A stretch of DNA of 64,000 nt, from assembly GCF_002854065.1 (NCBI RefSeq), contig NZ_CP024147.1; one strand, 5' to 3'. The position numbers and the translations under genes are program-made. Positions 35,552-48,666 of the stretch are shown here, one piece after another (position 1 is the stretch's first letter; the number at the start of each line of letters is the position of its first letter). This DNA comes from Escherichia coli (lineage in GTDB: Bacteria > Pseudomonadota > Gammaproteobacteria > Enterobacterales > Enterobacteriaceae). The notes below the pieces were generated by a model. The model did no database searches. It was not told where the DNA came from and was given only the letters and a program-made list of their open reading frames with translations.

Positions 35552-36268
35552 TCAGTTTGCCAGCGCCGCCTTCTGCGTCGCTACAATGGATTCGATTCCC
35601 CCTCGGGCCAGCGCCAACAAGGTGAGTAACTCTTCATGGGTGAACGGCTCGCCTTCTGCCGTCCCCTGCACTTCAATGATGCGCCCGTCTTCGGTCATCA
35701 CTACGTTCATGTCGGTCTCTGCGGCTGAGTCTTCAACGTATTCCAGATCGCAAATTGCTTCGCCGTTAACAATACCGACAGAAACCGCGGCTACCATCCC
35801 TTTCATTGGATTGGTTTTCAGCTTGCCGTTTTCCACCAGCTTCTGTAACGCATCTGCCAGCGCCACGCAGGCACCCGTAATCGAAGCGGTACGCGTGCCA
35901 CCATCCGCCTGAAGCACGTCGCAGTCCAGCGTAATGGTGAACTCACCCAGCGCTTTCAAATCTACTGCCGCACGAAGAGCACGGGCGATCAGACGCTGGA
36001 TTTCCATTGTGCGTCCACCCTGCTTACCTTTCGCCGCTTCACGAGCGTTACGGGTGTGGGTAGAACGCGGCAGCATACCGTACTCTGCGGTGATCCAGCC
36101 CTGGCCCTGACCTTTCAGGAAGCGCGGCACGCCTTCTTCAATAGAGGCGGTACACAACACTTTGGTATCGCCAAATTCGACCAGCACCGAGCCTTCTGCA
36201 TGTTTTGTATAGTTACGAGTCAGGGTAACGGGACGCACCTGATTATTGCTACGGCCTGCTGGACGCAT
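35552..36268 (-). CDS. rph: Ribonuclease PH, full length
   Basis: ORF track 35552..36292; start trimmed to [26 protein letters not shown]; 238 codons ending ...ATQKAALAN. Confidence 0.95.
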   Translation of the reverse strand: MRPAGRSNNQVRPVTLTRNYTKHAEGSVLVEFGDTKVLCTASIEEGVPRFLKGQGQGWITAEYGMLPRSTHTRNAREAAKGKQGGRTMEIQRLIARALRAAVDLKALGEFTITLDCDVLQADGGTRTASITGACVALADALQKLVENGKLKTNPMKGMVAAVSVGIVNGEAICDLEYVEDSAAETDMNVVMTEDGRIIEVQGTAEGEPFTHEELLTLLALARGGIESIVATQKAALAN

Positions 36269-36394
36269 ATTGAAATCTCCGGCTTGAAACAAATGTGGCT
36301 GCGCATTATACGGACTTCCGGCGGTTATTCCTATCCTGAGAAGGCATCGATGGCTATAATCCTTCCACCTCTCCTTTTATAAACAGGAACGTCT

Positions 36395-37258
36395 ATGATC
36401 CGCAGTATGACCGCCTACGCCCGGCGTGAAATCAAGGGTGAATGGGGGAGCGCAACCTGGGAAATGCGCTCGGTAAACCAGCGTTATCTGGAAACTTACT
36501 TTCGTCTGCCGGAGCAGTTCCGTAGCCTTGAACCTGTCGTTCGCGAGCGTATTCGTTCTCGCCTGACACGCGGTAAAGTGGAATGTACCCTGCGCTATGA
36601 GCCAGATGTTAGCGCGCAAGGTGAGCTGATCCTCAACGAAAAACTGGCTAAACAGCTGGTAACTGCCGCGAACTGGGTAAAAATGCAGAGTGACGAAGGG
36701 GAAATCAACCCGGTTGATATTCTACGCTGGCCGGGCGTGATGGCAGCCCAGGAGCAGGATCTCGACGCGATTGCCGCTGAAATTCTCGCGGCGTTGGATG
36801 GTACGCTGGACGACTTTATCGTCGCGCGCGAAACCGAAGGTCAGGCACTGAAAGCATTGATCGAGCAGCGTCTGGAAGGCGTCACCGCCGAAGTGGTCAA
36901 AGTCCGCGCCCATATGCCGGAAATCCTGCAATGGCAGCGTGAGCGTCTGGTCGCGAAGCTGGAAGATGCTCAGGTGCAGTTGGAAAACAACCGTCTGGAG
37001 CAGGAGTTGGTTCTGCTGGCACAACGAATTGACGTTGCCGAAGAACTGGACCGCCTCGAAGCGCATGTTAAAGAGACGTACAACATTCTGAAGAAAAAAG
37101 AAGCGGTTGGCCGTCGTCTGGACTTTATGATGCAGGAGTTCAACCGCGAGTCGAACACTCTTGCGTCGAAATCTATCAATGCCGAAGTGACAAACTCTGC
37201 CATCGAGCTGAAAGTGTTGATTGAGCAAATGCGTGAGCAGATTCAGAACATTGAATAA
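36395..37258 (+). CDS. yicC: YicC-family stress-induced protein
   Basis: ORF track 36395..37258 (287 aa); MIRSMTAYARREIKGEWGSATWE. Confidence 0.93.
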   Translation: MIRSMTAYARREIKGEWGSATWEMRSVNQRYLETYFRLPEQFRSLEPVVRERIRSRLTRGKVECTLRYEPDVSAQGELILNEKLAKQLVTAANWVKMQSDEGEINPVDILRWPGVMAAQEQDLDAIAAEILAALDGTLDDFIVARETEGQALKALIEQRLEGVTAEVVKVRAHMPEILQWQRERLVAKLEDAQVQLENNRLEQELVLLAQRIDVAEELDRLEAHVKETYNILKKKEAVGRRLDFMMQEFNRESNTLASKSINAEVTNSAIELKVLIEQMREQIQNIE

Positions 37259-37293
37259 CTCGTAACGCCAATTCTTACTTTTCAGCCTTCACA

Positions 37294-37326
37294 AATGCCG
37301 CCCACTCAAACAGAGCGGCATTTTTC
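37294..37326 (+). terminator. Intrinsic terminator after yicC
   Basis: tgccgc-ccactcaaacaga-gcggca hairpin followed by ttttt. Confidence 0.6.
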
Positions 37327-37418
37327 TTCCCCGCAACTTTCAATTCTGTTTTGCGTGCCTGCTCCAGATTTTGCGATGTCTTTTTGCCCAGCACAGTGAG
37401 AACGTGAGATACTCACAA

Positions 37419-37434
37419 CTGTATATAAATACAG
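37419..37434. promoter_or_regulatory. LexA (SOS) box upstream of dinD
   Basis: ctgtatataaatacag = CTGT-N8-ACAG with AT-rich core, about 45 bp upstream of the dinD start. Confidence 0.8.
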
Positions 37435-37479
37435 CTACAGATTTACTTTCTTTGCAATCGATATCACATGGAGTGGGCA

Positions 37480-38304
37480 ATGAACGAACATCATCAACCT
37501 TTTGAAGAAATACGGCATTATGGCACTGAAGGGCAAGAATTTTGGTCAGCGAGAGAATTGGCACCGTTACTGGATTATCGGGACTGGCGCAATTTTCAAA
37601 AGGTACTGGCCCGCGCGACTCAAGCGTGCGAAGCCAGCAATCAAGCTGCATCTGACCATTTCGTTGAAACCACCAAAATGGTTGTATTAGGTTCAGGGGC
37701 TCAACGAGAACTTGAAGATGTTCATCTCTCCCGCTATGCCTGTTACCTGGTAGTACAAAACGGCGACCCTGCGAAACCGGTTATTGCGGCAGGGCAAACT
37801 TATTTTGCTATCCAGACCCGACGGCAGGAGCTGGCTGACGATGAAGCTTTCAGGCAACTTCGTGAAGACGAAAAGCGTCTTTTTCTGAGAAATGAATTGA
37901 AAGAACATAACAAACAATTAGTTGAGGCAGCGCAGCAAGCTGGGGTAGCGACAGCTATCGATTTCGCCATATTTCAGAATCATGGTTACCGGGGGCTGTA
38001 TGGTGGATTAGATCAGAAAGCTATTCATCAGCGGAAGGGGCTGAAAAAGAGTCAGAAGATCCTGGATCATATGGGTTCAACAGAACTGGCGGCTAATCTC
38101 TTTCGAGCTACCCAAACAGAAGAAAAACTTAAGCGGGATGGCGTGAATTCAAAACAGCAAGCTAACACCACACACTTTGACGTAGGTCGCAAGGTGAGGC
38201 AAACCATTCAGGAACTTGGCGGAACCATGCCTGAGGAGTTGCCGACCCCGCAGGTCAGCATTAAGCAGTTGGAAAACAGTGTAAAAATTACAGAGAAAAA
38301 ATAG
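37480..38304 (+). CDS. dinD: DNA damage-inducible protein D
   Basis: ORF track 37468..38304; start trimmed to MNEHHQPFEEIRHYG; LexA box upstream. Confidence 0.9.
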   Translation: MNEHHQPFEEIRHYGTEGQEFWSARELAPLLDYRDWRNFQKVLARATQACEASNQAASDHFVETTKMVVLGSGAQRELEDVHLSRYACYLVVQNGDPAKPVIAAGQTYFAIQTRRQELADDEAFRQLREDEKRLFLRNELKEHNKQLVEAAQQAGVATAIDFAIFQNHGYRGLYGGLDQKAIHQRKGLKKSQKILDHMGSTELAANLFRATQTEEKLKRDGVNSKQQANTTHFDVGRKVRQTIQELGGTMPEELPTPQVSIKQLENSVKITEKK

Positions 38305-38595
38305 CAGAAACTAAAAACTCTTTTTGTTGATTGAGACACCCGATGCGTAAGCCAAAGTCCAGGTGCGGTGAATACAATAGCTAAACATTGCACCTTTCTT
38401 TTCCACCCCTCAGTTTTAACCTATTTTTTCTTATGCATTTTCTCAGACAAGAAGTCAGAAGAATGCATCTCCGCTACAGAAAATAGCGATTTCACATAAC
38501 TACAAGTTATCAATTCCCCCTCACCTTAAAAAATCTCAATCGTGACAATACGCACAAATCGCTACCCTGCCAGACAGATTTTTAGGGAGAGAACC

Positions 38596-41773
<3,178 letters not shown>

Positions 41774-41827
41774 ACCTGATTTCAGTATCATGCCCAGTCA
41801 TTTCTTCACCTGTGGAGCTTTTTAAGT

Positions 41828-42103
41828 ATGGCACGCGTAACTGTTCAGGACGCTGTAGAGAAAATTGGTAACCGTTTTGACCTGGTACTGGTCGCCGCGC
41901 GTCGCGCTCGTCAGATGCAGGTAGGCGGAAAGGATCCGCTGGTACCGGAAGAAAACGATAAAACCACTGTAATCGCGCTGCGCGAAATCGAAGAAGGTCT
42001 GATCAACAACCAGATCCTCGACGTTCGCGAACGCCAGGAACAGCAAGAGCAGGAAGCCGCTGAATTACAAGCCGTTACCGCTATTGCTGAAGGTCGTCGT
42101 TAA
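41828..42103 (+). CDS. rpoZ: RNA polymerase omega subunit
   Basis: ORF track 41828..42103 (91 aa); [31 protein letters not shown]. Confidence 0.96.
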
Positions 42104-42121
42104 TCACAAAGCGGGTCGCCC

Positions 42122-44230
42122 TTGTATCTGTTTGAAAGCCTGAATCAGCTGATTCAAAACTACCTGCCGGAAGACCAAATCAAGCGTCTGCGGCAGGCGT
42201 ATCTCGTTGCACGTGATGCTCACGAGGGGCAAACACGTTCAAGCGGTGAACCCTATATCACGCACCCGGTAGCTGTTGCCTGCATTCTGGCCGAGATGAA
42301 ACTCGACTATGAAACGCTTATGGCAGCGCTGCTGCATGACGTGATTGAAGATACTCCCGCCACCTACCAGGACATGGAACAGCTTTTTGGTAAAAGCGTC
42401 GCCGAGCTGGTAGAGGGGGTGTCGAAACTTGATAAACTCAAGTTCCGCGATAAGAAAGAGGCGCAGGCCGAAAACTTTCGCAAGATGATTATGGCGATGG
42501 TGCAGGATATCCGCGTCATCCTCATCAAACTTGCCGACCGTACCCACAACATGCGCACGCTGGGCTCACTTCGCCCGGACAAACGTCGCCGCATCGCCCG
42601 TGAAACTCTCGAAATTTATAGCCCGCTGGCGCACCGTTTAGGTATCCACCACATTAAAACCGAACTCGAAGAGCTGGGTTTTGAGGCGCTGTATCCCAAC
42701 CGTTATCGCGTAATCAAAGAAGTGGTGAAAGCCGCGCGCGGCAACCGTAAAGAGATGATCCAAAAAATCCTCTCTGAAATCGAAGGGCGTTTGCAGGAAG
42801 CGGGAATACCGTGCCGCGTCAGTGGTCGCGAGAAGCATCTTTATTCGATTTACTGCAAAATGGTGCTCAAAGAGCAGCGTTTTCACTCGATCATGGACAT
42901 CTACGCTTTCCGCGTGATCGTCAATGATTCCGACACCTGTTATCGCGTGCTCGGCCAGATGCATAGCCTGTATAAGCCGCGTCCGGGTCGCGTGAAAGAC
43001 TACATCGCCATTCCAAAAGCGAACGGCTATCAGTCGTTGCACACCTCGATGATTGGCCCGCACGGCGTGCCGGTTGAGGTCCAAATCCGTACCGAAGATA
43101 TGGATCAGATGGCGGAGATGGGTGTTGCCGCGCACTGGGCTTATAAAGAGCACGGCGAAACCAGCACGACTGCTCAAATCCGCGCCCAGCGCTGGATGCA
43201 AAGCCTGCTGGAGCTGCAACAAAGCGCCGGTAGCTCGTTTGAATTTATCGAGAGCGTTAAATCCGATCTCTTCCCGGATGAGATTTACGTTTTCACACCG
43301 GAAGGGCGCATTGTCGAACTGCCTGCCGGTGCAACGCCCGTCGACTTCGCTTATGCAGTGCATACCGATATCGGTCATGCCTGCGTGGGCGCACGCGTCG
43401 ACCGCCAGCCTTACCCGCTGTCGCAGCCGCTTACTAGCGGTCAAACCGTTGAAATCATTACCGCACCGGGCGCTCGCCCGAATGCCGCGTGGCTGAACTT
43501 TGTCGTTAGCTCGAAAGCGCGCGCCAAAATTCGTCAGTTGCTGAAAAACCTCAAGCGTGATGATTCTGTAAGCCTGGGCCGTCGTCTGCTCAACCATGCT
43601 TTGGGTGGTAGCCGTAAGCTGAATGAAATCCCGCAGGAAAATATTCAGCGCGAGCTGGATCGTATGAAGCTGGCAACGCTTGACGATCTGCTGGCAGAAA
43701 TCGGACTTGGTAACGCAATGAGCGTGGTGGTCGCGAAAAATCTGCAACATGGGGACGCCTCCATTCCACCGGCAACCCAAAGTCACGGACATCTGCCCAT
43801 TAAAGGTGCCGATGGCGTGCTGATCACCTTTGCGAAATGCTGCCGCCCTATTCCTGGCGACCCGATTATCGCCCACGTCAGCCCCGGTAAAGGTCTGGTG
43901 ATCCACCATGAATCCTGCCGTAACATCCGTGGCTACCAGAAAGAGCCAGAGAAGTTTATGGCTGTGGAATGGGATAAAGAGACGGCGCAGGAGTTCATCA
44001 CCGAAATCAAGGTGGAGATGTTCAATCATCAGGGCGCGCTGGCAAACCTGACGGCGGCAATTAACACCACGACTTCGAATATTCAAAGTTTGAATACGGA
44101 AGAGAAAGATGGTCGCGTCTACAGCGCCTTTATTCGTCTGACCGCTCGTGACCGTGTGCATCTGGCGAATATCATGCGCAAAATCCGCGTGATGCCAGAC
44201 GTGATTAAAGTCACCCGAAACCGAAATTAA
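42122..44230 (+). CDS. spoT: Bifunctional (p)ppGpp synthetase/hydrolase
   Basis: ORF track 42122..44230 (702 aa); HD, synthetase, TGS and ACT domains; rpoZ-spoT-trmH-recG operon context. Confidence 0.96.
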   Translation: MYLFESLNQLIQNYLPEDQIKRLRQAYLVARDAHEGQTRSSGEPYITHPVAVACILAEMKLDYETLMAALLHDVIEDTPATYQDMEQLFGKSVAELVEGVSKLDKLKFRDKKEAQAENFRKMIMAMVQDIRVILIKLADRTHNMRTLGSLRPDKRRRIARETLEIYSPLAHRLGIHHIKTELEELGFEALYPNRYRVIKEVVKAARGNRKEMIQKILSEIEGRLQEAGIPCRVSGREKHLYSIYCKMVLKEQRFHSIMDIYAFRVIVNDSDTCYRVLGQMHSLYKPRPGRVKDYIAIPKANGYQSLHTSMIGPHGVPVEVQIRTEDMDQMAEMGVAAHWAYKEHGETSTTAQIRAQRWMQSLLELQQSAGSSFEFIESVKSDLFPDEIYVFTPEGRIVELPAGATPVDFAYAVHTDIGHACVGARVDRQPYPLSQPLTSGQTVEIITAPGARPNAAWLNFVVSSKARAKIRQLLKNLKRDDSVSLGRRLLNHALGGSRKLNEIPQENIQRELDRMKLATLDDLLAEIGLGNAMSVVVAKNLQHGDASIPPATQSHGHLPIKGADGVLITFAKCCRPIPGDPIIAHVSPGKGLVIHHESCRNIRGYQKEPEKFMAVEWDKETAQEFITEIKVEMFNHQGALANLTAAINTTTSNIQSLNTEEKDGRVYSAFIRLTARDRVHLANIMRKIRVMPDVIKVTRNRN

Positions 44231-44236
44231 TGTTTT

Positions 44237-44926
44237 ATGAACCCAACACGTTATGCACGCATCTGCGAAATGCTCGCCAGGCGGCAGCCTGATCTGACCG
44301 TCTGCATGGAGCAGGTCCACAAACCTCATAACGTTTCTGCGATTATTCGTACCGCAGATGCCGTTGGCGTACATGAAGTTCACGCCGTCTGGCCTGGTAG
44401 CCGCATGCGTACCATGGCCTCTGCGGCGGCGGGTAGCAACAGTTGGGTGCAGGTGAAAACGCACCGCACCATTGGCGATGCCGTCGCTCATCTCAAAGGC
44501 CAGGGCATGCAAATTCTGGCAACCCATCTTTCTGATAACGCTGTCGATTTTCGCGAAATTGATTACACTCGCCCGACCTGCATTTTGATGGGTCAGGAGA
44601 AAACGGGCATCACTGAGGAAGCGTTGGCCCTGGCGGATCGGGACATCATCATTCCGATGATTGGCATGGTGCAATCGCTGAATGTTTCCGTTGCCTCAGC
44701 CCTCATTCTTTACGAAGCCCAGCGCCAGCGGCAAAATGCGGGCATGTACCTGCGTGAAAACAGCATGTTGCCGGAAGCAGAGCAACAACGCCTGTTGTTT
44801 GAAGGCGGCTATCCGGTGCTGGCGAAAGTCGCAAAACGCAAAGGCCTGCCTTACCCCCACGTCAATCAGCAAGGCGAGATCGAAGCTGATGCCGACTGGT
44901 GGGCTACTATGCAGGCTGCAGGGTAA
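44237..44926 (+). CDS. trmH: tRNA (guanosine18-2'-O)-methyltransferase
   Basis: ORF track 44237..44926 (229 aa); SpoU family. Confidence 0.95.
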   Translation: MNPTRYARICEMLARRQPDLTVCMEQVHKPHNVSAIIRTADAVGVHEVHAVWPGSRMRTMASAAAGSNSWVQVKTHRTIGDAVAHLKGQGMQILATHLSDNAVDFREIDYTRPTCILMGQEKTGITEEALALADRDIIIPMIGMVQSLNVSVASALILYEAQRQRQNAGMYLRENSMLPEAEQQRLLFEGGYPVLAKVAKRKGLPYPHVNQQGEIEADADWWATMQAAG

Positions 44927-44931
44927 GTGCC

Positions 44932-47013
44932 ATGAAAGGTCGCCTGTTAGATGCTGTCCCGCTCAGTTCCCTAACGGGCGTTGGCGCAGCGCTTAGTAAC
45001 AAGCTGGCGAAAATCAACCTGCAGACTGTGCAGGATCTACTCTTACACCTTCCCCTGCGCTACGAAGATCGCACCCATCTCTACCCCATCGGAGAACTAC
45101 TGCCGGGCTTTTATGCCACGGTGGAAGGCGAAGTGCTGAACTGCAATATCACCTTCGGCGGCCGCCGGATGATGACCTGCCAGATCAGCGACGGTTCCGG
45201 CATTCTCACCATGCGCTTTTTCAACTTCAACGCGGCAATGAAAAATAGCCTGGCGACGGGCCGCCGCGTGCTGGCCTATGGAGAAGCAAAGCGCGGTAAA
45301 TATGGTGCGGAGATGATCCACCCGGAATACCGCGTGCAGGGCGATCTCAGTACGCCAGAGTTGCAGGAAACGCTCACGCCGGTTTATCCAACAACCGAAG
45401 GCGTAAAGCAGGCCACGCTGCGTAAATTAACCAACCAGGCGCTGGATCTGCTCGACACCTGCGCCATTGAAGAACTCCTGCCGCCGGAACTGTCACAAGG
45501 AATGATGACGCTACCGGAAGCGTTGCGCACTTTGCACCGCCCGCCGCCGACGCTGCAACTTAGCGATCTGGAAACCGGGCAGCATCCGGCGCAACGTCGT
45601 CTGATTCTGGAAGAACTGCTGGCGCATAACCTCAGCATGTTAGCCTTACGCGCCGGAGCGCAACGTTTCCATGCCCAGCCGCTGAGCGCCAATGACACGC
45701 TGAAAAATAAACTTCTTGCCGCCTTACCGTTCAAGCCAACGGGCGCTCAGGCTCGCGTGGTGGCGGAGATCGAGCGCGATATGGCGCTGAATGTGCCGAT
45801 GATGCGCCTGGTACAGGGCGATGTAGGTTCCGGTAAAACGCTGGTCGCTGCCCTCGCCGCGCTGCGTGCGATTGCCCACGGCAAACAGGTGGCATTGATG
45901 GCACCAACCGAATTACTCGCCGAACAGCACGCCAATAACTTCCGTAACTGGTTTGCACCGCTCGGTATCGAAGTGGGCTGGCTCGCCGGTAAGCAGAAAG
46001 GCAAAGCGCGACTGGCACAGCAGGAAGCCATCGCCAGCGGTCAGGTGCAGATGATTGTCGGCACCCACGCCATTTTCCAGGAACAGGTGCAGTTTAACGG
46101 CCTGGCGCTGGTGATTATCGACGAACAGCATCGCTTTGGCGTGCATCAGCGTCTGGCATTGTGGGAGAAAGGCCAGCAACAGGGCTTCCATCCGCATCAG
46201 TTGATCATGACCGCCACGCCGATCCCCCGCACGCTGGCGATGACTGCGTATGCTGATCTCGATACATCAGTCATTGATGAACTGCCGCCTGGCCGTACTC
46301 CAGTGACTACCGTTGCTATCCCGGATACACGCCGCAACGACATTATCGACCGCGTGCGCCACGCCTGCATGACTGAAGGGCGTCAGGCGTACTGGGTTTG
46401 TACGTTGATTGAAGAGTCAGAGTTACTGGAAGCGCAGGCGGCGGAAGCCACCTGGGAAGAGTTGAAACTGGCCTTACCGGAACTGAACGTTGGTCTGGTA
46501 CACGGGCGGATGAAACCTGCCGAGAAACAGGCGGTGATGGCGTCGTTTAAACAAGGTGAGCTACACCTGCTGGTTGCCACTACCGTTATTGAAGTCGGTG
46601 TTGATGTGCCTAACGCCAGTCTGATGATTATCGAAAACCCGGAGCGTCTGGGTCTGGCGCAGTTGCACCAGCTACGTGGGCGTGTAGGTCGTGGCGCGGT
46701 GGCTTCTCACTGCGTGCTGCTCTACAAAACGCCGCTTTCTAAAACGGCGCAAATTCGCCTGCAAGTGCTGCGCGACAGCAACGACGGTTTTGTGATTGCG
46801 CAAAAAGATCTGGAGATTCGCGGCCCTGGCGAATTGTTAGGTACACGTCAGACGGGTAATGCTGAATTTAAAGTGGCGGATTTACTGCGCGATCAGGCGA
46901 TGATCCCGGAAGTTCAGCGCTTGGCACGCCATATTCACGAACGTTACCCACAACAGGCAAAAGCCCTGATAGAACGCTGGATGCCGGAGACGGAACGTTA
47001 CTCGAATGCGTAA
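44932..47013 (+). CDS. recG: ATP-dependent DNA helicase RecG
   Basis: ORF track 44899..47013; start trimmed to MKGRLLDAVPLSSLTGVGA; helicase motifs GDVGSGKT and DEQHRFG. Confidence 0.95.
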   Translation: MKGRLLDAVPLSSLTGVGAALSNKLAKINLQTVQDLLLHLPLRYEDRTHLYPIGELLPGFYATVEGEVLNCNITFGGRRMMTCQISDGSGILTMRFFNFNAAMKNSLATGRRVLAYGEAKRGKYGAEMIHPEYRVQGDLSTPELQETLTPVYPTTEGVKQATLRKLTNQALDLLDTCAIEELLPPELSQGMMTLPEALRTLHRPPPTLQLSDLETGQHPAQRRLILEELLAHNLSMLALRAGAQRFHAQPLSANDTLKNKLLAALPFKPTGAQARVVAEIERDMALNVPMMRLVQGDVGSGKTLVAALAALRAIAHGKQVALMAPTELLAEQHANNFRNWFAPLGIEVGWLAGKQKGKARLAQQEAIASGQVQMIVGTHAIFQEQVQFNGLALVIIDEQHRFGVHQRLALWEKGQQQGFHPHQLIMTATPIPRTLAMTAYADLDTSVIDELPPGRTPVTTVAIPDTRRNDIIDRVRHACMTEGRQAYWVCTLIEESELLEAQAAEATWEELKLALPELNVGLVHGRMKPAEKQAVMASFKQGELHLLVATTVIEVGVDVPNASLMIIENPERLGLAQLHQLRGRVGRGAVASHCVLLYKTPLSKTAQIRLQVLRDSNDGFVIAQKDLEIRGPGELLGTRQTGNAEFKVADLLRDQAMIPEVQRLARHIHERYPQQAKALIERWMPETERYSNA

Positions 47014-47112
47014 AAGGCGGCAGTGAGAAGACCGCCATTTCAGGTTACCCTACCTTCCTGCCGGATGCGATTCATCACCCTACAAATTCAATAAATTGTG
47101 AATCAATGCGCA

Positions 47113-47174
47113 GCCTTGATAAGCGAAGCGTATCAGGCATTTGTCTTTGTTGCGGCGGCACTTCTACCGCCGCT
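47113..47174. repeat. REP-like palindrome plus GC hairpin between convergent recG and gltS
   Basis: gccttgataagcgaagcgtatcaggc (REP-like) and gcggcggcacttctaccgccgc hairpin. Confidence 0.4.
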
Positions 47175-47181
47175 TCATCGG

Positions 47182-48387
47182 TTAACCCGCAAAAATCGGC
47201 AACATCAAATACAGCTTAATTACCAGCGCGTTAACGATATCGATAAAGAACGCACCGACCATCGGCACCACCAAAAACGCCATGTGCGACGGGCCAAAGC
47301 GTTCAGTGATCGCCTGCATGTTGGCGATTGCTGTTGGCGTTGCACCGAGGCCAAAACCGCAGTGACCCGCAGCCAGCACTGCCGCATCGTAGTTTTTGCC
47401 CATCATGCGCCAGGTAACAAAGATGGCATACAACGCCATGAAGATGGTCTGTACCACCAGAATCGCCAACATCGGCAGCGCCAGCGAAGCCAGTTCCCAC
47501 AGTTTCAGCCCCATCAGCGCCATCGCCAGGAACAACGACAGGCTTACGTTACCCAGCACGGATACCGCACGCTCAAAGACGCGGTAAAAGCCCATTATTG
47601 ACAGACCGTTGCTCAGAATCACGCCAACAAACAGTACACAGACGAAGGTCGGCAGTTCAAAAGCTGTGCCAGCCAAAAGTTGCGCAACAATTTTCCCCAC
47701 CGTCAGGCAGATAGCAATCAGCGCGATAGTTTCAATCAGCACCAGCGAGGTGATCATGCGGCCCACATCCGGCTTTTCGAACGCCGTCGGGACTTCCTGG
47801 TCATCCGGAATACCGTTCGGCGTGGTGGAGTGTTTCACCAGATAGCGCGCTACCGGACCGCCAATCAAGCCGCCCAGCACCAAACCGAACGTTGCACAGG
47901 CCATCGCCACTTCCGTCGCATTGGTGAAGCCATAACGTTCAATGAACAATTTACTCCATGCAGCTCCCGTACCGTGACCGCCGGAAAGCGTAATAGAACC
48001 GGCCAACAGCCCCATCAGCGGATCAAGCCCTAACAGGCTAGCCATACCAATGCCAATGGCATTTTGCATCACCAACAGACCAACAACCACAATCAAGAAG
48101 ATGCCAACCACACGCCCACCGGCACGCAAACTGGCAATGTTGGCGTTCAGGCCAATGGTGGCGAAGAATGCCAGCATTAACGGATCGCGCAGGGACATAT
48201 CAAAGTTGACTTCCCAGCCCATGCTTTTTTTCAGTACCAGTAGCGCCAGCGCCACCAACAAACCGCCCGCAACAGGTTCCGGTATGGTGTATTTCTTCAA
48301 AAAGGAGACGGAATGGACCAACTTACGCCCGAGCAGCAACGTCAGCGTTGCGGCAACAAGCGTTGCTAAAGTATCGAGATGAAACAT
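47182..48387 (-). CDS. gltS: Sodium/glutamate symporter
   Basis: ORF track 47182..48387 (401 aa); MFHLDTLATLVAATLTLLLGRKLV. Confidence 0.95.
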   Translation of the reverse strand: MFHLDTLATLVAATLTLLLGRKLVHSVSFLKKYTIPEPVAGGLLVALALLVLKKSMGWEVNFDMSLRDPLMLAFFATIGLNANIASLRAGGRVVGIFLIVVVGLLVMQNAIGIGMASLLGLDPLMGLLAGSITLSGGHGTGAAWSKLFIERYGFTNATEVAMACATFGLVLGGLIGGPVARYLVKHSTTPNGIPDDQEVPTAFEKPDVGRMITSLVLIETIALIAICLTVGKIVAQLLAGTAFELPTFVCVLFVGVILSNGLSIMGFYRVFERAVSVLGNVSLSLFLAMALMGLKLWELASLALPMLAILVVQTIFMALYAIFVTWRMMGKNYDAAVLAAGHCGFGLGATPTAIANMQAITERFGPSHMAFLVVPMVGAFFIDIVNALVIKLYLMLPIFAG

Positions 48388-48598
48388 AGTTACTCCTTTG
48401 TGTCCGCATCACTCTTTCATACTCGTCATACTTCATCGCGCAGTGGCAACTTCATGAACTATGACGGGTATCGAGTTATGCTTTCCTGGGTCAAATTCTC
48501 AGCTGTTAATGAACAAATGGCATGGATTTTAAGCAGAAAAATACCAAAAGTTATATAAAAAAGTTCATTTATCTCATTTAAATATTTAGAAGAGGACG

Positions 48599-48614
48599 TA
48601 GCAAACGTTTGCTT
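48599..48614. promoter_or_regulatory. PurR-box-like palindrome upstream of xanP
   Basis: tAGCAAACGTTTGCtt at 48599..48614 matches the PurR operator core GCAAACGTTTGC; about 55 bp upstream of the xanP start. Confidence 0.5.
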
Positions 48615-48666
48615 TTCTCTTTCGGTCAGCTAAAATGCCCGCTTTGCTACCACGGGATTGTTTTCG

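Noticed and set aside
37340-37651. 103-codon minus-strand ORF spanning the yicC-dinD spacer and the dinD start
   Set aside because: Overlaps the LexA box/promoter and the dinD 5' end; no RBS or family signal; likely spurious.
42638-44674. 678-codon stop-free ORF on the minus strand, antisense to spoT and trmH
   Set aside because: It lies entirely within two strongly conserved, well-recognised genes on the opposite strand, and its translation is low-complexity (R/H/A-rich) with no recognisable domain. Long antisense frames are a known artefact over GC-biased coding sequence.
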